Below, one piece after another: positions 1 to 9,591 of a DNA stretch of 64,000 bases (positions are counted from its first letter, which is position 1; each line of letters starts with the position of its first letter). Source of the stretch: an uncultured bacterium. Lineage in GTDB: Bacteria > UBA8481. The DNA lies in assembly GCA_964548165.1 (NCBI GenBank), contig CAZJQD010000007.1, positions 25,665-89,664 on the forward strand. Reading direction: 5' to 3'. Below the pieces are notes generated by a model. That model was not told where the DNA came from. It ran no database searches and was given only the letters and a program-made list of their open reading frames with translations. The position numbers were made by a program, and so were the translations under genes.

Positions 1-37
1 CAGGTCGCGTTCCACTGACCGACGGGAGTCTTGGTCG

Positions 38-1780
38 TCAGTCTCCGTAGCGGATCTCGGTAAAATCGCGGAGGCCCTCCTCGGCCAGGCGCCGCGAGTA
101 TTCGGTCAGAACCGCCGCCGTCCCTCCGATGACGGCCAGGGCGGCGAGCCCCCGGCCGGTCGCGATCGCGCCGCCGAACGCGGCGTCCCAGGTCGCGGGA
201 ACGAGCGCGGCGATCGTGATGCCGACGTAGAGCAGGGAGACCAGCATGAAGATGATGCCGCCGGGCGAGGAGGAGATCTCGAAGACGTTGCGCTTGTCGA
301 AGACGGGCATCTTGATCGAGAGCATGAGGCCGACGGCCGTGATCGCGGTGGTCATCGCGATCGTCGCCAGTCCCCAGATCACCGAGAGCGCCCAGCCGAC
401 ACCGACGATATGGTTCGAGGCCAGGACGATACCCAGCGCGGCCGCGGTGAGCGGCAGCCACGCGGCCAGGAACTTTATGCGCACGACGGCGGCGACGGGG
501 AGCGGCGCCGTCTCCACCACCCAGAAGGGCCGGCCCTCCAAGGAGAGCGACGGGTAGACGAACCGCACCGCGACGCCGGCCACGAGAAATCCCACCAGGC
601 CCAGGTTGAGAAAGGCCACGAGGACCCGCGCGGAGGGATGAAGCTCGTAGGGAATCTCGCTCAGGTTGGCGAAGTGCAGGGCCACGATCCCGAGCATGAG
701 GATGATGTGCGAGATCTGCATCGGGTCGCGGATGTTCGTCATCAGTTCCTTGAAGACGAGTCCTCTCCGTCCCGCGGGCGCAAACCGCGCGGCCGCGCGC
801 GCCCAGCGATCGAGCCTGAGCACGCGCTCGAGCGGGCCTGGTCGCGCCGCGCTCCCCGAGACGGGGCGGTCGGTGGCGTAGGCGAGAGAACCGACGAGGA
901 AGTAGACGCCGACCGCGACGAGGGCGTAGGCGAGGAGCACGGCCGTTCCGCGCGCCCACGCGGCGTAGTGGAGAGGAGCGGCCGACACGAGCGCCTGGGC
1001 CATGACCTGCGACGGCAACCAGTCTCCGAGCGGCACCGTGAACTCCCGGACGAAGCGCGTTGCGTCCGCCACGAGCAGGTCGGGACGCGCGATGTTGCGC
1101 GGCGAGAGAAGGCGATAGAGGTAGACAACGCCGAACGAGAGCAAGGCGCCGACCCCGAGCACGGACTCGCGGGCGCGGTCCACCGGCAGAAACCTCATCA
1201 GGACGATCACGGTCGTGGCGGCCAGCGCGGGAGGCGCGACCGTGAAGACGAAGAGCGAGAAGAGGGAGAGCGGCAGGTGCGCGAAGCCGAGTCCCAGCGC
1301 CCGGCCGTAGCCGGTCATCACCGGCGTCACGATCAGGAAGACCACCCACGCGCTCGTCGCGTAGACGGACGCAAGCTTGTGCGCCAGGAGGACAGGGCGC
1401 CCAAAGGGGCGCGCGGCGAGGAAATCGATGTCGTCGTCGAAGTAGAGGGCGTCGATCGCCGCGATGAGACTGCCGAAGAAGAGGAGCGACAGGACGATGA
1501 GAAAGAGGAGGCCCAGGAGTCTCATCGCCAGGAGGAGCGCGATGAAGCTGACCGTGACATCGCCGACCACCACGAACGCGTGGAAGAGCCTCCACGAGAG
1601 ATACTCGGCACTGACGAAGAACGCCGCGACGAGAAGGACGAAAAGGTAGCCCCGCATCCGCTCGGCCCTGGTCGCCGCCGTCACGCGCCCCCAGGCGTTT
1701 TGAAGCTCGGCGCGGAAGAGCGCGGCGAGCGGCCCGGTCCGGCCGGGCTTTCCGCGCACCGGGCCCGGATCGCGGATCAC
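38..1780 (-). CDS. ABC-2 family transporter permease, large multi-TM protein
   Basis: Long ORF with more than 10 hydrophobic helices, directly downstream of an ABC ATPase. I take the start as the GTG at 1778-1780, which overlaps the ATPase TGA stop (GTGA coupling). The ORF-track start at 2191 would overlap the ATPase gene and is Arg-rich junk. An alternative ATG lies near 1655. Confidence 0.6.
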   Translation of the reverse strand: MIRDPGPVRGKPGRTGPLAALFRAELQNAWGRVTAATRAERMRGYLFVLLVAAFFVSAEYLSWRLFHAFVVVGDVTVSFIALLLAMRLLGLLFLIVLSLLFFGSLIAAIDALYFDDDIDFLAARPFGRPVLLAHKLASVYATSAWVVFLIVTPVMTGYGRALGLGFAHLPLSLFSLFVFTVAPPALAATTVIVLMRFLPVDRARESVLGVGALLSFGVVYLYRLLSPRNIARPDLLVADATRFVREFTVPLGDWLPSQVMAQALVSAAPLHYAAWARGTAVLLAYALVAVGVYFLVGSLAYATDRPVSGSAARPGPLERVLRLDRWARAAARFAPAGRRGLVFKELMTNIRDPMQISHIILMLGIVALHFANLSEIPYELHPSARVLVAFLNLGLVGFLVAGVAVRFVYPSLSLEGRPFWVVETAPLPVAAVVRIKFLAAWLPLTAAALGIVLASNHIVGVGWALSVIWGLATIAMTTAITAVGLMLSIKMPVFDKRNVFEISSSPGGIIFMLVSLLYVGITIAALVPATWDAAFGGAIATGRGLAALAVIGGTAAVLTEYSRRLAEEGLRDFTEIRYGD

Positions 1781-2556
1781 TTCGCGCCGGCCGCCCTCGC
1801 GAGGGCATCCCAGCGCTCCCGCTCCGCGGACCCCTCCGTCCTGCGCTCCGCGAGAAGGCGCAGGAAGACGGCCTCGAGACGGGCATCGCGATCGACGACC
1901 AGGCGGGAGAGAGGTCCCACGGCCACGAGCTCGCCGCGGTCCAGGATTGCAACGTCGTCGCAGAGCATCTCCGCGATGTCGAGGAGGTGCGTGGACATGA
2001 AGACGGCCGTGCCCGCGTCCGCCAGCTCGCGGAAGAGATCCTTGACCGTGCGGGCGGCCGGCGGATCGAGCCCGATCAGGGGTTCGTCGACGACCACGAG
2101 CTTCGGGCCGGGCATGACGGCCGCGACGATCGAGAGCTTCTGGCGCATCCCGAACGAGTAGGAGTCGATGAAGTCTCCCCGACGATCCCACAACTCGAAT
2201 CGCTCCAGGAGCGGTTGGGAGCGATCGCGCCAGTCGGTGACGCCATACAGGTCCCCCATGAGCTCCAGGTATTCCCAGGCCGTCAGCTTGGGATAGAGAT
2301 AGGGCGCATCGGGAATGTATCCGGTCACGCGCTTCGCGGCCTCTGGATCCGCCGCCAGGTCGACGCCCGCGATCCGGATCGAGCCCGTGGTGGGCCTGAG
2401 AATGCCCGTGATCAGGCGGATGGTGGTTGTCTTACCAGCCCCGTTGGGTCCCAGGAATCCAAAGACCGTGCCGGCCTCGACCGTCAGCGACAGATCCTGT
2501 ATGATCGTCCGCGGACCAAACCGCTTGGAAACTCTTGTGATTTCAAGAATAGACAT
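1777..2556 (-). CDS. ABC transporter ATP-binding protein
   Basis: Walker A GPNGAGKTT, signature-like SFGMRQK, Walker B VVVDEP and H-loop STH. The N-terminus MSILEITRVSKRFG is typical of ABC ATPases. The start is the ATG at 2554-2556 with a GGGGAAG Shine-Dalgarno (SD) sequence. The track ORF extends upstream spuriously. Confidence 0.85.
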   Translation of the reverse strand: MSILEITRVSKRFGPRTIIQDLSLTVEAGTVFGFLGPNGAGKTTTIRLITGILRPTTGSIRIAGVDLAADPEAAKRVTGYIPDAPYLYPKLTAWEYLELMGDLYGVTDWRDRSQPLLERFELWDRRGDFIDSYSFGMRQKLSIVAAVMPGPKLVVVDEPLIGLDPPAARTVKDLFRELADAGTAVFMSTHLLDIAEMLCDDVAILDRGELVAVGPLSRLVVDRDARLEAVFLRLLAERRTEGSAERERWDALARAAGAK

Positions 2557-2634
2557 GGGCTTCCCCGCCTCGAGGTCTGCCTCCGCGCTCGCGACCGCGG
2601 ATGCGGTCTCGACCGGACGACGAGCCGTCATCAT

Positions 2635-5600
2635 ATGACGTCGCTCGTGAACAGTAAACGGGAGGAGCCGGGACCGTGGTTCCGTCCCTGGATCCCCGCT
2701 CTCCTCATCGGCATCATTCTCCTTCTCACCGCCGCGGGCTACGCGGCGTTGCGCTACCTGGAACCTCGAGCCCTTGCGCTGGTCACCCGTGAGCTCGGCG
2801 CGGCGGCTGGGCGCGATGTGCAGGTCGAGGGATTTCGCCTCGCGTTGCCCGTGCGCGTCGACCGGATCGTCATTGCCGGCGACGGCATCATTGATTCGCA
2901 ACCCCTGCTCGTCCTCTCCGATGTCACCGCATGGCCGGACGTCTCGTCCCTGTTGCGGTTTCAACCCCGCGTCGGCCTCCTGCAGGCCGAGAGCGCCGTC
3001 CTTCGCCTGAGGGAAGAACGAGGCAACTGGAGCTCGAGGGGCGCGTTCACGGCGCCGGCGCCGGAGGTTTCCGCGATCGCCACGCTCTCGCTGCCGAACC
3101 TGCTTCTGCAGGTGGAGACCCGTGGCCGCGCCTACGAGCGCCTGCTCCGCATCAACCTGGACCTGGAGGGTCGGGGCGCTTTCACGCTCTTCTTCCACGG
3201 TGAGGAGGCGCACGGCCGCGTTCACTTCTCGGGCGCCGGCCCGGGCGCCACCTACCGGCTCGACGTCGCGCTGGATCAGTTGCCGGAGCAGCTGGAGAAG
3301 GCGGAACGGATCACGGTCACGGGCAATTACCAGGTCGACAGCCAGCTCGTGGATTTCGCCGTCGACGGCGCCCTGATGGGCAAGGAGGCCCGGATCTCCG
3401 GCCGCGTCCGCTTCGACACCCAGCGGATCCAGACCGAGACGGGCGCCTGGAAGTGGGGCGATCAGTCCGGCCGCGTGCTCGTCTCGTATGACGACCGGCG
3501 GGATCGCCGCATCGACGTCCTCACGGTCGGCCGCGTCACCTTCCCCCTGCCGATGGCGTTCCTGCGGTCGGAACCCCTGACGAGCGGGACCATCCACGTC
3601 GACAAGGTAAGCCTGAGTGGACCGTTGAACGGCCCGTGGCAGGTGAACGCTCACGTCGTCGGGGACAACCTCGAGGCGCAGGGAGCGATGGACCTGGTGG
3701 ACGGACAGATCGACGGGGAGGTCACCCTGGACGTCCATGCCAGCCGAGCCGTGAGGCTGGTGCATTCCCGCGCCAAGGTCCGCTTCGCGCACGCGCGAAG
3801 CGCCGGCTTCGAGGCGCGAGACGCGGATCTCTCGCTCGAGGCGACACCCCGCGCCGTCGTGGTGTCGGGTCGCGCCCGCGCGCTCGGGGGTTCCATCACC
3901 GCGCGCGACGTCCGGGTCGCTCTCGGCGAAGACGGACAACCGGAATCGATCCGCGGGCATCTTGCGCTCGACGAGCTGGACGGGCGAGAGCTCGCGGGAG
4001 TGACCGGCGACGTCGTGTTGCGAAATGTGACGGGAAACTACGACGTGGACGCCTGGCGCTCCCGCAACGGTTGGAAGCTCCATCGCGCCGACGGATTCAC
4101 CGAGCTCATCGAGGGGACGTGGCGCGGGGAGCCGTTCGCGGTCTCGCAAGCCCACATCATCGCCCGGGGCCAGCCCGGCGAGGCCGGCAGTGTCTTTTCG
4201 TTCAACGGCTACGTCCGCATCTTCGAGGGCCGGGGCCGCATCCGTGCCGACATCGAGGGCCGGGACATGGTGGACGCCTGGATGGAAGTGCACGAGGTCG
4301 ACCTCGCCGCCGCCAACCGGGTCTTTCACAATGCGCGCCTCGCCGCGATCGCGCGCCACGTGGATCGCGTGAGCATGGCTGGTCGCCTGCGATTCGCGAA
4401 TGACGAGAACGGTGACTCCGGCTTCGTCTTCGACGGTTCCATCAACTCGAACGGGCTCGGCATCGAGGTCTCCTCGGACGCGGCGTTCGGATCCGAACCG
4501 GACTCCAGCGCCCAGCCCGCTCCTTCCGCACCCGCCGCGCCCACAGGCCCCGTCGACTCTCCCGCGAGCTCAGCCGCCGGCTCAGCCGCCGGCTCAGCCG
4601 CCGGGTCGGCGATTTCGCCGGGAGACCAGGCTTGGACGATCGAAGAGGAGCGAGCCGGGGGAGGCGGCAATGACGAGGAAAGAGCCGACGCCGACGCGGC
4701 GCGGCCGCGGTCCCGCGCGCTCAAGGCTCGGGCCGGCGAGCCGCGCAGAGACCTGCCGAGGATGCCGTCCGTCGAGGAAGCCGGGCTCAGCACCATGCTC
4801 GATCTCATCAGCATCTTCCGGCTCGACGGACTGCCCATGCAGATCCGGGCGCGAGGACGCATGCGCATCGGGGGCGAGAACGATCCGGTCCGGATGAGCG
4901 GCCTGGAACTGGCTATCGACACGGATCGCACGATCCTCTGCGTCGACACCGCCACCTGGTATGAAAACCGCCTGGTGGCCCACCTGAGGATCGAGCGCAT
5001 CGATGCCGAGCACCTGCGCATCGCGGCGCGGCACCTGGCGCCGAACCCCCTGACCGAATCCCTCCCCTTGCGTGGCGCGCTCAGCGGCGACGTCCTCCTC
5101 GAGCGCGACAGCGCGAGCTTCTACGCCAGTATCGGCATCCATGGCGATCTCACGCTCCGGGACAGCCCCCTGGTCTTCAACACGGTGGGGACGGTGACGG
5201 ACAAGGGGCCGGACCTGCGTGTCGAGATCGGCACGATCGGAATCGATGCCCTGCACCAGAGTTTCGCCGACCTCAACTCCCAGATGGACCGGAACACCAT
5301 GAAACTCTCGGGAACCGCCGGCGTCACCCTCACCATGACCGATGCCTGGGATTCCATGATGATCGTCGGCAATGCCTCGTTCCGCGATGCCGGGGTACGA
5401 TTTCCCGCCGATTCCATCGCCGCGCTCGGTATCAACGGCAACCTGACATTCCGGGTCCGCAAGGGCCGGCTTCAGCCCTCTGAGCTCCTGCCCAACGCGG
5501 CGCCCATCACGTGCGCCAGGCTCACCTACAACGACGTCGTCGTTGAGCGCATCCACGCCCTGGCACGATTCAACGAGAAGTCCCTGCTCCTGGAATCGAT

Positions 5601-6192
5601 GACCTTCATCCTGGCCGGCGGGCGAGGCACGGGGGGATTCACGATCGACTTCCCGGCCTGGGACCAACCGCGCACGGCCTTCTTCGGCCGCGTCAGGGAT
5701 TGCAACCTCGAAATCGTCTACCGGCAGATGCAACCCTTCGCCGGAAATCTCACGGGCAGCGCGTCGGCCGAGGTCTCTCTCCTGATGGACAAACGGGACT
5801 TCCAGCGGCTGGAGGTGACCGGCACCGCGCGCAACGGCGTCATCAGCACGAGCCTCCTCTCGAGCGTCATCGAGCGGATGGACAGCGGCATGGTCCGCAA
5901 TTCGCTCGAGTCCCTGGCTGACTGGAAGTACGATTCCGCCTCGTTCCAGGCTCGCTACAGGCCGAACACCTACAGCCCCTTCGAAGCCGAGGGGCTCTTC
6001 CTGGACGCGAAGAAGACCGCCGAAGTCGTCATGGCGCTCTCGATCGTCGGCAACGTCTACCCGTTCCACCGCGCCCAGATCCTGCACTTGCCGACGCCGT
6101 TCGCGCGCATCGGCGTTCCCCTTCAACTCCAGACGCCCAACATGCCGCTCCGCCTGACCCTCTACCGCGTCGGACGCAAGATCACCCGCTAG
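2635..6192 (+). CDS. AsmA-family / TamB-like outer-membrane biogenesis protein (N-terminal TM anchor, about 1185 aa)
   Basis: ATG at 2635 (MTSLVNSKREEPGPW...), then one TM helix (PWIPALLIGIILLLTAAGYAAL), then a long beta-rich periplasmic region. There is a low-complexity SAAGSAAGSAAG / acidic segment in the middle and an AsmA-like C-terminal region. The gene is divergent from the ABC exporter. The family call is from overall architecture and is not certain. Confidence 0.5.
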   Translation: MTSLVNSKREEPGPWFRPWIPALLIGIILLLTAAGYAALRYLEPRALALVTRELGAAAGRDVQVEGFRLALPVRVDRIVIAGDGIIDSQPLLVLSDVTAWPDVSSLLRFQPRVGLLQAESAVLRLREERGNWSSRGAFTAPAPEVSAIATLSLPNLLLQVETRGRAYERLLRINLDLEGRGAFTLFFHGEEAHGRVHFSGAGPGATYRLDVALDQLPEQLEKAERITVTGNYQVDSQLVDFAVDGALMGKEARISGRVRFDTQRIQTETGAWKWGDQSGRVLVSYDDRRDRRIDVLTVGRVTFPLPMAFLRSEPLTSGTIHVDKVSLSGPLNGPWQVNAHVVGDNLEAQGAMDLVDGQIDGEVTLDVHASRAVRLVHSRAKVRFAHARSAGFEARDADLSLEATPRAVVVSGRARALGGSITARDVRVALGEDGQPESIRGHLALDELDGRELAGVTGDVVLRNVTGNYDVDAWRSRNGWKLHRADGFTELIEGTWRGEPFAVSQAHIIARGQPGEAGSVFSFNGYVRIFEGRGRIRADIEGRDMVDAWMEVHEVDLAAANRVFHNARLAAIARHVDRVSMAGRLRFANDENGDSGFVFDGSINSNGLGIEVSSDAAFGSEPDSSAQPAPSAPAAPTGPVDSPASSAAGSAAGSAAGSAISPGDQAWTIEEERAGGGGNDEERADADAARPRSRALKARAGEPRRDLPRMPSVEEAGLSTMLDLISIFRLDGLPMQIRARGRMRIGGENDPVRMSGLELAIDTDRTILCVDTATWYENRLVAHLRIERIDAEHLRIAARHLAPNPLTESLPLRGALSGDVLLERDSASFYASIGIHGDLTLRDSPLVFNTVGTVTDKGPDLRVEIGTIGIDALHQSFADLNSQMDRNTMKLSGTAGVTLTMTDAWDSMMIVGNASFRDAGVRFPADSIAALGINGNLTFRVRKGRLQPSELLPNAAPITCARLTYNDVVVERIHALARFNEKSLLLESMTFILAGGRGTGGFTIDFPAWDQPRTAFFGRVRDCNLEIVYRQMQPFAGNLTGSASAEVSLLMDKRDFQRLEVTGTARNGVISTSLLSSVIERMDSGMVRNSLESLADWKYDSASFQARYRPNTYSPFEAEGLFLDAKKTAEVVMALSIVGNVYPFHRAQILHLPTPFARIGVPLQLQTPNMPLRLTLYRVGRKITR

Positions 6193-6208
6193 TCCAGCAG
6201 GCGGGTGC

Positions 6209-7243
6209 TCAGGAAACCGCCAGGGAACATCCCTTCCTCGGGGATCCCTTGAGCCGCCCCTCGATGACCAGTCTCCCCTCCGTGTTCCAGTGCGCCAGGT
6301 CCGCGGTCAGGAGCCCCAGGCTCGACTGCCAATTCGCGAGATCCCAGAGGGCGACAATTCCGCGGGGAGCATCTTCGAGCGTCTCCGGATCGAGAATTCG
6401 CACGCGCGTCCAAGGCGCCGAAGCGAACCCGCGCCGCGCCGGTGTCACCGGTGAGTTACCGTCCTCCATGCCGCCGATACGTTCCCAGAGCGGCGAGCTG
6501 AGCTCGCACATGCCGTACTCGCCGATGATGCGTTCCGTCCCCACGCCGAAGACAGCTTGCAGGCCGGCATGGAGTTCCTCCCGCGTGACCTCGCGCGTTC
6601 TCCCCTTGAATCCGCCAGTCTCGACGATCACGGAACCCGCGGGCAATGGGTCGCGAACGCCGCTCTCGATGAGCGGGACGTACGCAAAGGCAGGGCCAAT
6701 CACCAGGACGGGAGTCGTCGCGTCCGCACCGCCTTGCGGGGCCAGGTCCTGCTTCAATGCTTCAATCATCGATGCCAGCGACGACTCGGGATTATCGGGC
6801 ATGAGCGAACGCACGCGCCAGCCGGGGCGACCTGCTTGGTCCTCACGCGCCGGCTCCTCCAGAGCCCAGCGGGCTCCCGCCAGGCACGAGGCGCGGTAGA
6901 CGGACAGGTCGCGGTGCCAGTGTCGGCCCCGCGCCTCCCTCGTCGTTCCGCTCGAACGAAAGACCCCCGTGGCCTTATCGATCGGCCAGGCGAAGATCTC
7001 GTGCTCGCCGAAGAGCGCGACAGGGACGGCCGGTATGTCTCGCCAGCTGCGAACCACGGGCGGGGCGAGGCGGGCAACCACGGGGATGCGCGACGCTTGC
7101 CAGGCATGAATGATCGGCGCCAAGGCGTCAAACTCCCGCTCCATGGCGGCGGCGTCCTGCGTCCAACCTCGGGAAATGAAGGCGGTCAGCCGGTCAAGCC
7201 AGGGCGGCAAGTGCGTCCCCGAGAATCGACAAGCCTTCGTCAA
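6209..7243 (-). CDS. LuxE-family acyl-protein synthetase (adenylate-forming)
   Basis: Four stretches line up with Vibrio LuxE: FRSSGTTREARGRHWHRDLS (LuxE FTSSGTNG...ARDRLS), VIVETGGFKG (IITGGGWK), RVRILDPETLEDAPRG (ARALDPETLKPVPDG) and C-terminal KGCSLAVS (KGCALSL). The ORF start overlaps the upstream aminotransferase by 50 nt. An alternative start is the internal ATG (MEREFD) near 7144. Confidence 0.7.
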   Translation of the reverse strand: MTKACRFSGTHLPPWLDRLTAFISRGWTQDAAAMEREFDALAPIIHAWQASRIPVVARLAPPVVRSWRDIPAVPVALFGEHEIFAWPIDKATGVFRSSGTTREARGRHWHRDLSVYRASCLAGARWALEEPAREDQAGRPGWRVRSLMPDNPESSLASMIEALKQDLAPQGGADATTPVLVIGPAFAYVPLIESGVRDPLPAGSVIVETGGFKGRTREVTREELHAGLQAVFGVGTERIIGEYGMCELSSPLWERIGGMEDGNSPVTPARRGFASAPWTRVRILDPETLEDAPRGIVALWDLANWQSSLGLLTADLAHWNTEGRLVIEGRLKGSPRKGCSLAVS

Positions 7244-8441
7244 GCGCGGCGGTGTCGATGGTCAAGGGCGGCATGATCATCACCGTCGCCCCGTTGACGC
7301 CGTCCGCAAGCACAAGGAGTCCCGCGGCGAGCGACCGTTGCACGACCGCCTGGGCGGCGGCTCCATCACGACAGGGAATGCCAACAAGTAGGCCTCGACC
7401 GACGGGTGCGAAGGCCTTGAGACGCTCCATCACACTCGCTGCCGCCGCATCCGCGCCGACACGCACGGCGTCCGAGGTCAGCAATTCCAGGGAGGCTAAC
7501 GCGGCCGCGCAACCAACGGGATGGCCGAGGAACGTCGCCGTATGAATGGCCTCACCCGTGGACTCCGGCCATGCCTCCATCACTTCCCCTCGTCCGATGC
7601 AGGCCGAGAGCGGCCAGCCGCCACCCAGGGCCTTTCCCGCGCAGATGATGTCGGGCTCGAGACCATACGCCCACGAAGCCCAGGTCTCGCCCGTGCGCCC
7701 CAGGCCCGTGAGAATCTCATCGGCGATCACCAGCGCGCCGGCCGCATGCGCTCTCTCGGCGACCGCCGGCAACCAACCCGCAGGAGGCACCCGCGCGCCG
7801 CCGCGGCCCTGCACCGGCTCCAGGATGACCGCACCAACATCGCCCGTCGCCAGCGCGGCCTCGAGGGCCCGAAGCGAGGCGGTACCATCCTCTTCGGGCC
7901 ACGGCACGAATCGCGCGAAGCGTCCCGATCTCGCGGCGAACGGCTCGCGAAACTCCCGGCGCCAGGTCACGTCCATGGCGGTTCCGATGAGCCCGTGGTA
8001 GGCGCCCTCGAACGCCAGCACGGCGGGGCGTCCGGTACGAAGGAGCGCGGTCTTGAGCGCAGCCTCGACGGCATCGGACCCATTCAAGCCGAGGATGGTG
8101 CGCACCGGCCAGGGAAAGAGCGAAGCAAGACGCTCGAGAAGCTCCACCTTCACCACGGGCGGATGCACATCCCCCAGTCCGTGGGGAAGAAGGCCTCCCT
8201 GCGCGGCGGCGGCGGCGGCGACCTGAGGATTCGCATGCCCCAGGGCAGCCACGCCGAAGCCGGAGGTGAAGTCGAGATAGCGGCGCCCTGCGGCGTCCCA
8301 CACCTCGGCGCCGCGAGCGCGTTGCCAGAAGATGGGCCATCCCGGGGCTACAAAGGTGAGGTTCCGCGACTCGACGGCCCTCAACCGGAGCGCCAGGAGC
8401 GCGTTTGGATCCGTCCCCGCGCTCGCCTTGTCAGTGGTCAC
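7194..8441 (-). CDS. class III (acetylornithine / omega-type) PLP-dependent aminotransferase
   Basis: Motifs ADEILTGLGRTG and the catalytic-lysine context CAGKALGGG, plus N-terminal YLDFTSGFGVAALGHANP. There is an ATGA overlap with the upstream PLD gene. Confidence 0.8.
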   Translation of the reverse strand: MTTDKASAGTDPNALLALRLRAVESRNLTFVAPGWPIFWQRARGAEVWDAAGRRYLDFTSGFGVAALGHANPQVAAAAAAQGGLLPHGLGDVHPPVVKVELLERLASLFPWPVRTILGLNGSDAVEAALKTALLRTGRPAVLAFEGAYHGLIGTAMDVTWRREFREPFAARSGRFARFVPWPEEDGTASLRALEAALATGDVGAVILEPVQGRGGARVPPAGWLPAVAERAHAAGALVIADEILTGLGRTGETWASWAYGLEPDIICAGKALGGGWPLSACIGRGEVMEAWPESTGEAIHTATFLGHPVGCAAALASLELLTSDAVRVGADAAAASVMERLKAFAPVGRGLLVGIPCRDGAAAQAVVQRSLAAGLLVLADGVNGATVMIMPPLTIDTAALDEGLSILGDALAALA

Positions 8442-9559
8442 CGGTCCGCGGAAAGCTCCGGCTGCGCGGCATCCCAGAGCGCATGGAAATAGTCGCGGAA
8501 CTGGCCGGCGACCCGGGGATCCGTCACGAGGAAGTTGAGCTCGTGGTAGCGGCGAAATGCCCCGAACCCCCAGTTCGTCGATCCCATGAGGGCGAGCCGG
8601 TCGGTGATGAGCAGCTTCGTATGCGAGGTGATCTCCATCGGATCACGCCGAATGCGGACCCCCCCGGAACGCAGCACGTCGACGACCTCGTTATTGAAGG
8701 CATTTCCTTCCTGGTTGTAGTCCGACTCCTCGACGATGGCCCGGACCGGGCGGCCCGCACGCGCCCGACCGCTCACCGCCAGGATCGCGGCCGAGGACGG
8801 CGATTCCGGGGACTCGGCGTACCAGCGAGCGGCATACAGGTGGAGATCGATCGAGTCGGACTCGGCAATGGCTGTCATCGCGACCGTCTCGTAGGCGCGG
8901 TCACAGACCACCGTGATGCCGTTGCTGGTGACCGGCTCGATCACGGCGTCGTCATCCGGCTTCTCCCAGAGCGCCGCGTAGTAGCGCTCCAGGGCGCCCG
9001 CGATGGCCGGGTCGTGGACAAGAAGGTTCGACTCGTTGTTTCGTTCCAGGGACGCGTCGGACCAGTTCGTCGATCCGGCCAGCACCCACTCGCCGTCGAC
9101 GAGGACCATCTTGGTGTGCGTGCGCTTACGCGGGGAATCGGCGCGAGCGGTGACGCCGAGCCGGACGAGATGCTCGACCGTGGTCATCGACCGGTCAGAC
9201 TCCTCGTCGACGAGAACGCGGACCTTGACGCCTCGGGCCGCGGCCGCGACGAGCGCCTCCTGGATGAGGCGCGTGGATCGGCCGTAGACGAAGAGGAACT
9301 GGGAGACATCGATGCGCGAGCGAGCGCCGTTGATGAGCGAGAGGACGGCAGGAAGATACTCGCGGTTGTTGCAGGCGCGCGTGAGCCCCGTCTCGGCGGC
9401 GACGGTCGCGGCGGACAGGCCCGGCGGGAGGGTCGGCGCCGCGATCGCGGGCCGAGCGGCGACGGCTTCATGCGAAGCTTGCGTTCCACCGCACGCGGCC
9501 AGGACAAGGCAGATGCCGAAAATTCCCAATCTCATGGTGTCAGGCCGCCACATTGCCAC
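8438..9559 (-). CDS. phospholipase D / cardiolipin-synthase-like lipoprotein (two HKD motifs)
   Basis: Two HxK(x4)D(x6)GSxN motifs: HTKMVLVDGEWVLAGSTNWS and HTKLLITDRLALMGSTNWG. Lipoprotein signal MRLGIFGICLVLAAC. The likely start is at M9 (about 9535) rather than 9559. Confidence 0.75.
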   Translation of the reverse strand: MAMWRPDTMRLGIFGICLVLAACGGTQASHEAVAARPAIAAPTLPPGLSAATVAAETGLTRACNNREYLPAVLSLINGARSRIDVSQFLFVYGRSTRLIQEALVAAAARGVKVRVLVDEESDRSMTTVEHLVRLGVTARADSPRKRTHTKMVLVDGEWVLAGSTNWSDASLERNNESNLLVHDPAIAGALERYYAALWEKPDDDAVIEPVTSNGITVVCDRAYETVAMTAIAESDSIDLHLYAARWYAESPESPSSAAILAVSGRARAGRPVRAIVEESDYNQEGNAFNNEVVDVLRSGGVRIRRDPMEITSHTKLLITDRLALMGSTNWGFGAFRRYHELNFLVTDPRVAGQFRDYFHALWDAAQPELSADR

Positions 9560-9591
9560 AAATTGTTTCCCAAGAGAAGGACGGCTCCGTC

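Noticed and set aside
410-2161. 583-aa plus-strand ORF (Arg/Glu/Asp-rich, no hydrophobic core)
   Set aside because: It lies antisense to the ABC-2 permease and ATPase genes. Such open antisense frames are expected at about 70% GC. Its composition is low complexity and there is no SD or domain.
1987-2634. Upstream 216 codons of the 1401-aa track ORF
   Set aside because: This part is antisense to the ABC ATPase. The recognisable AsmA-like protein starts at ATG 2635 with its TM helix. The upstream part is Arg/Asp-rich shadow sequence.
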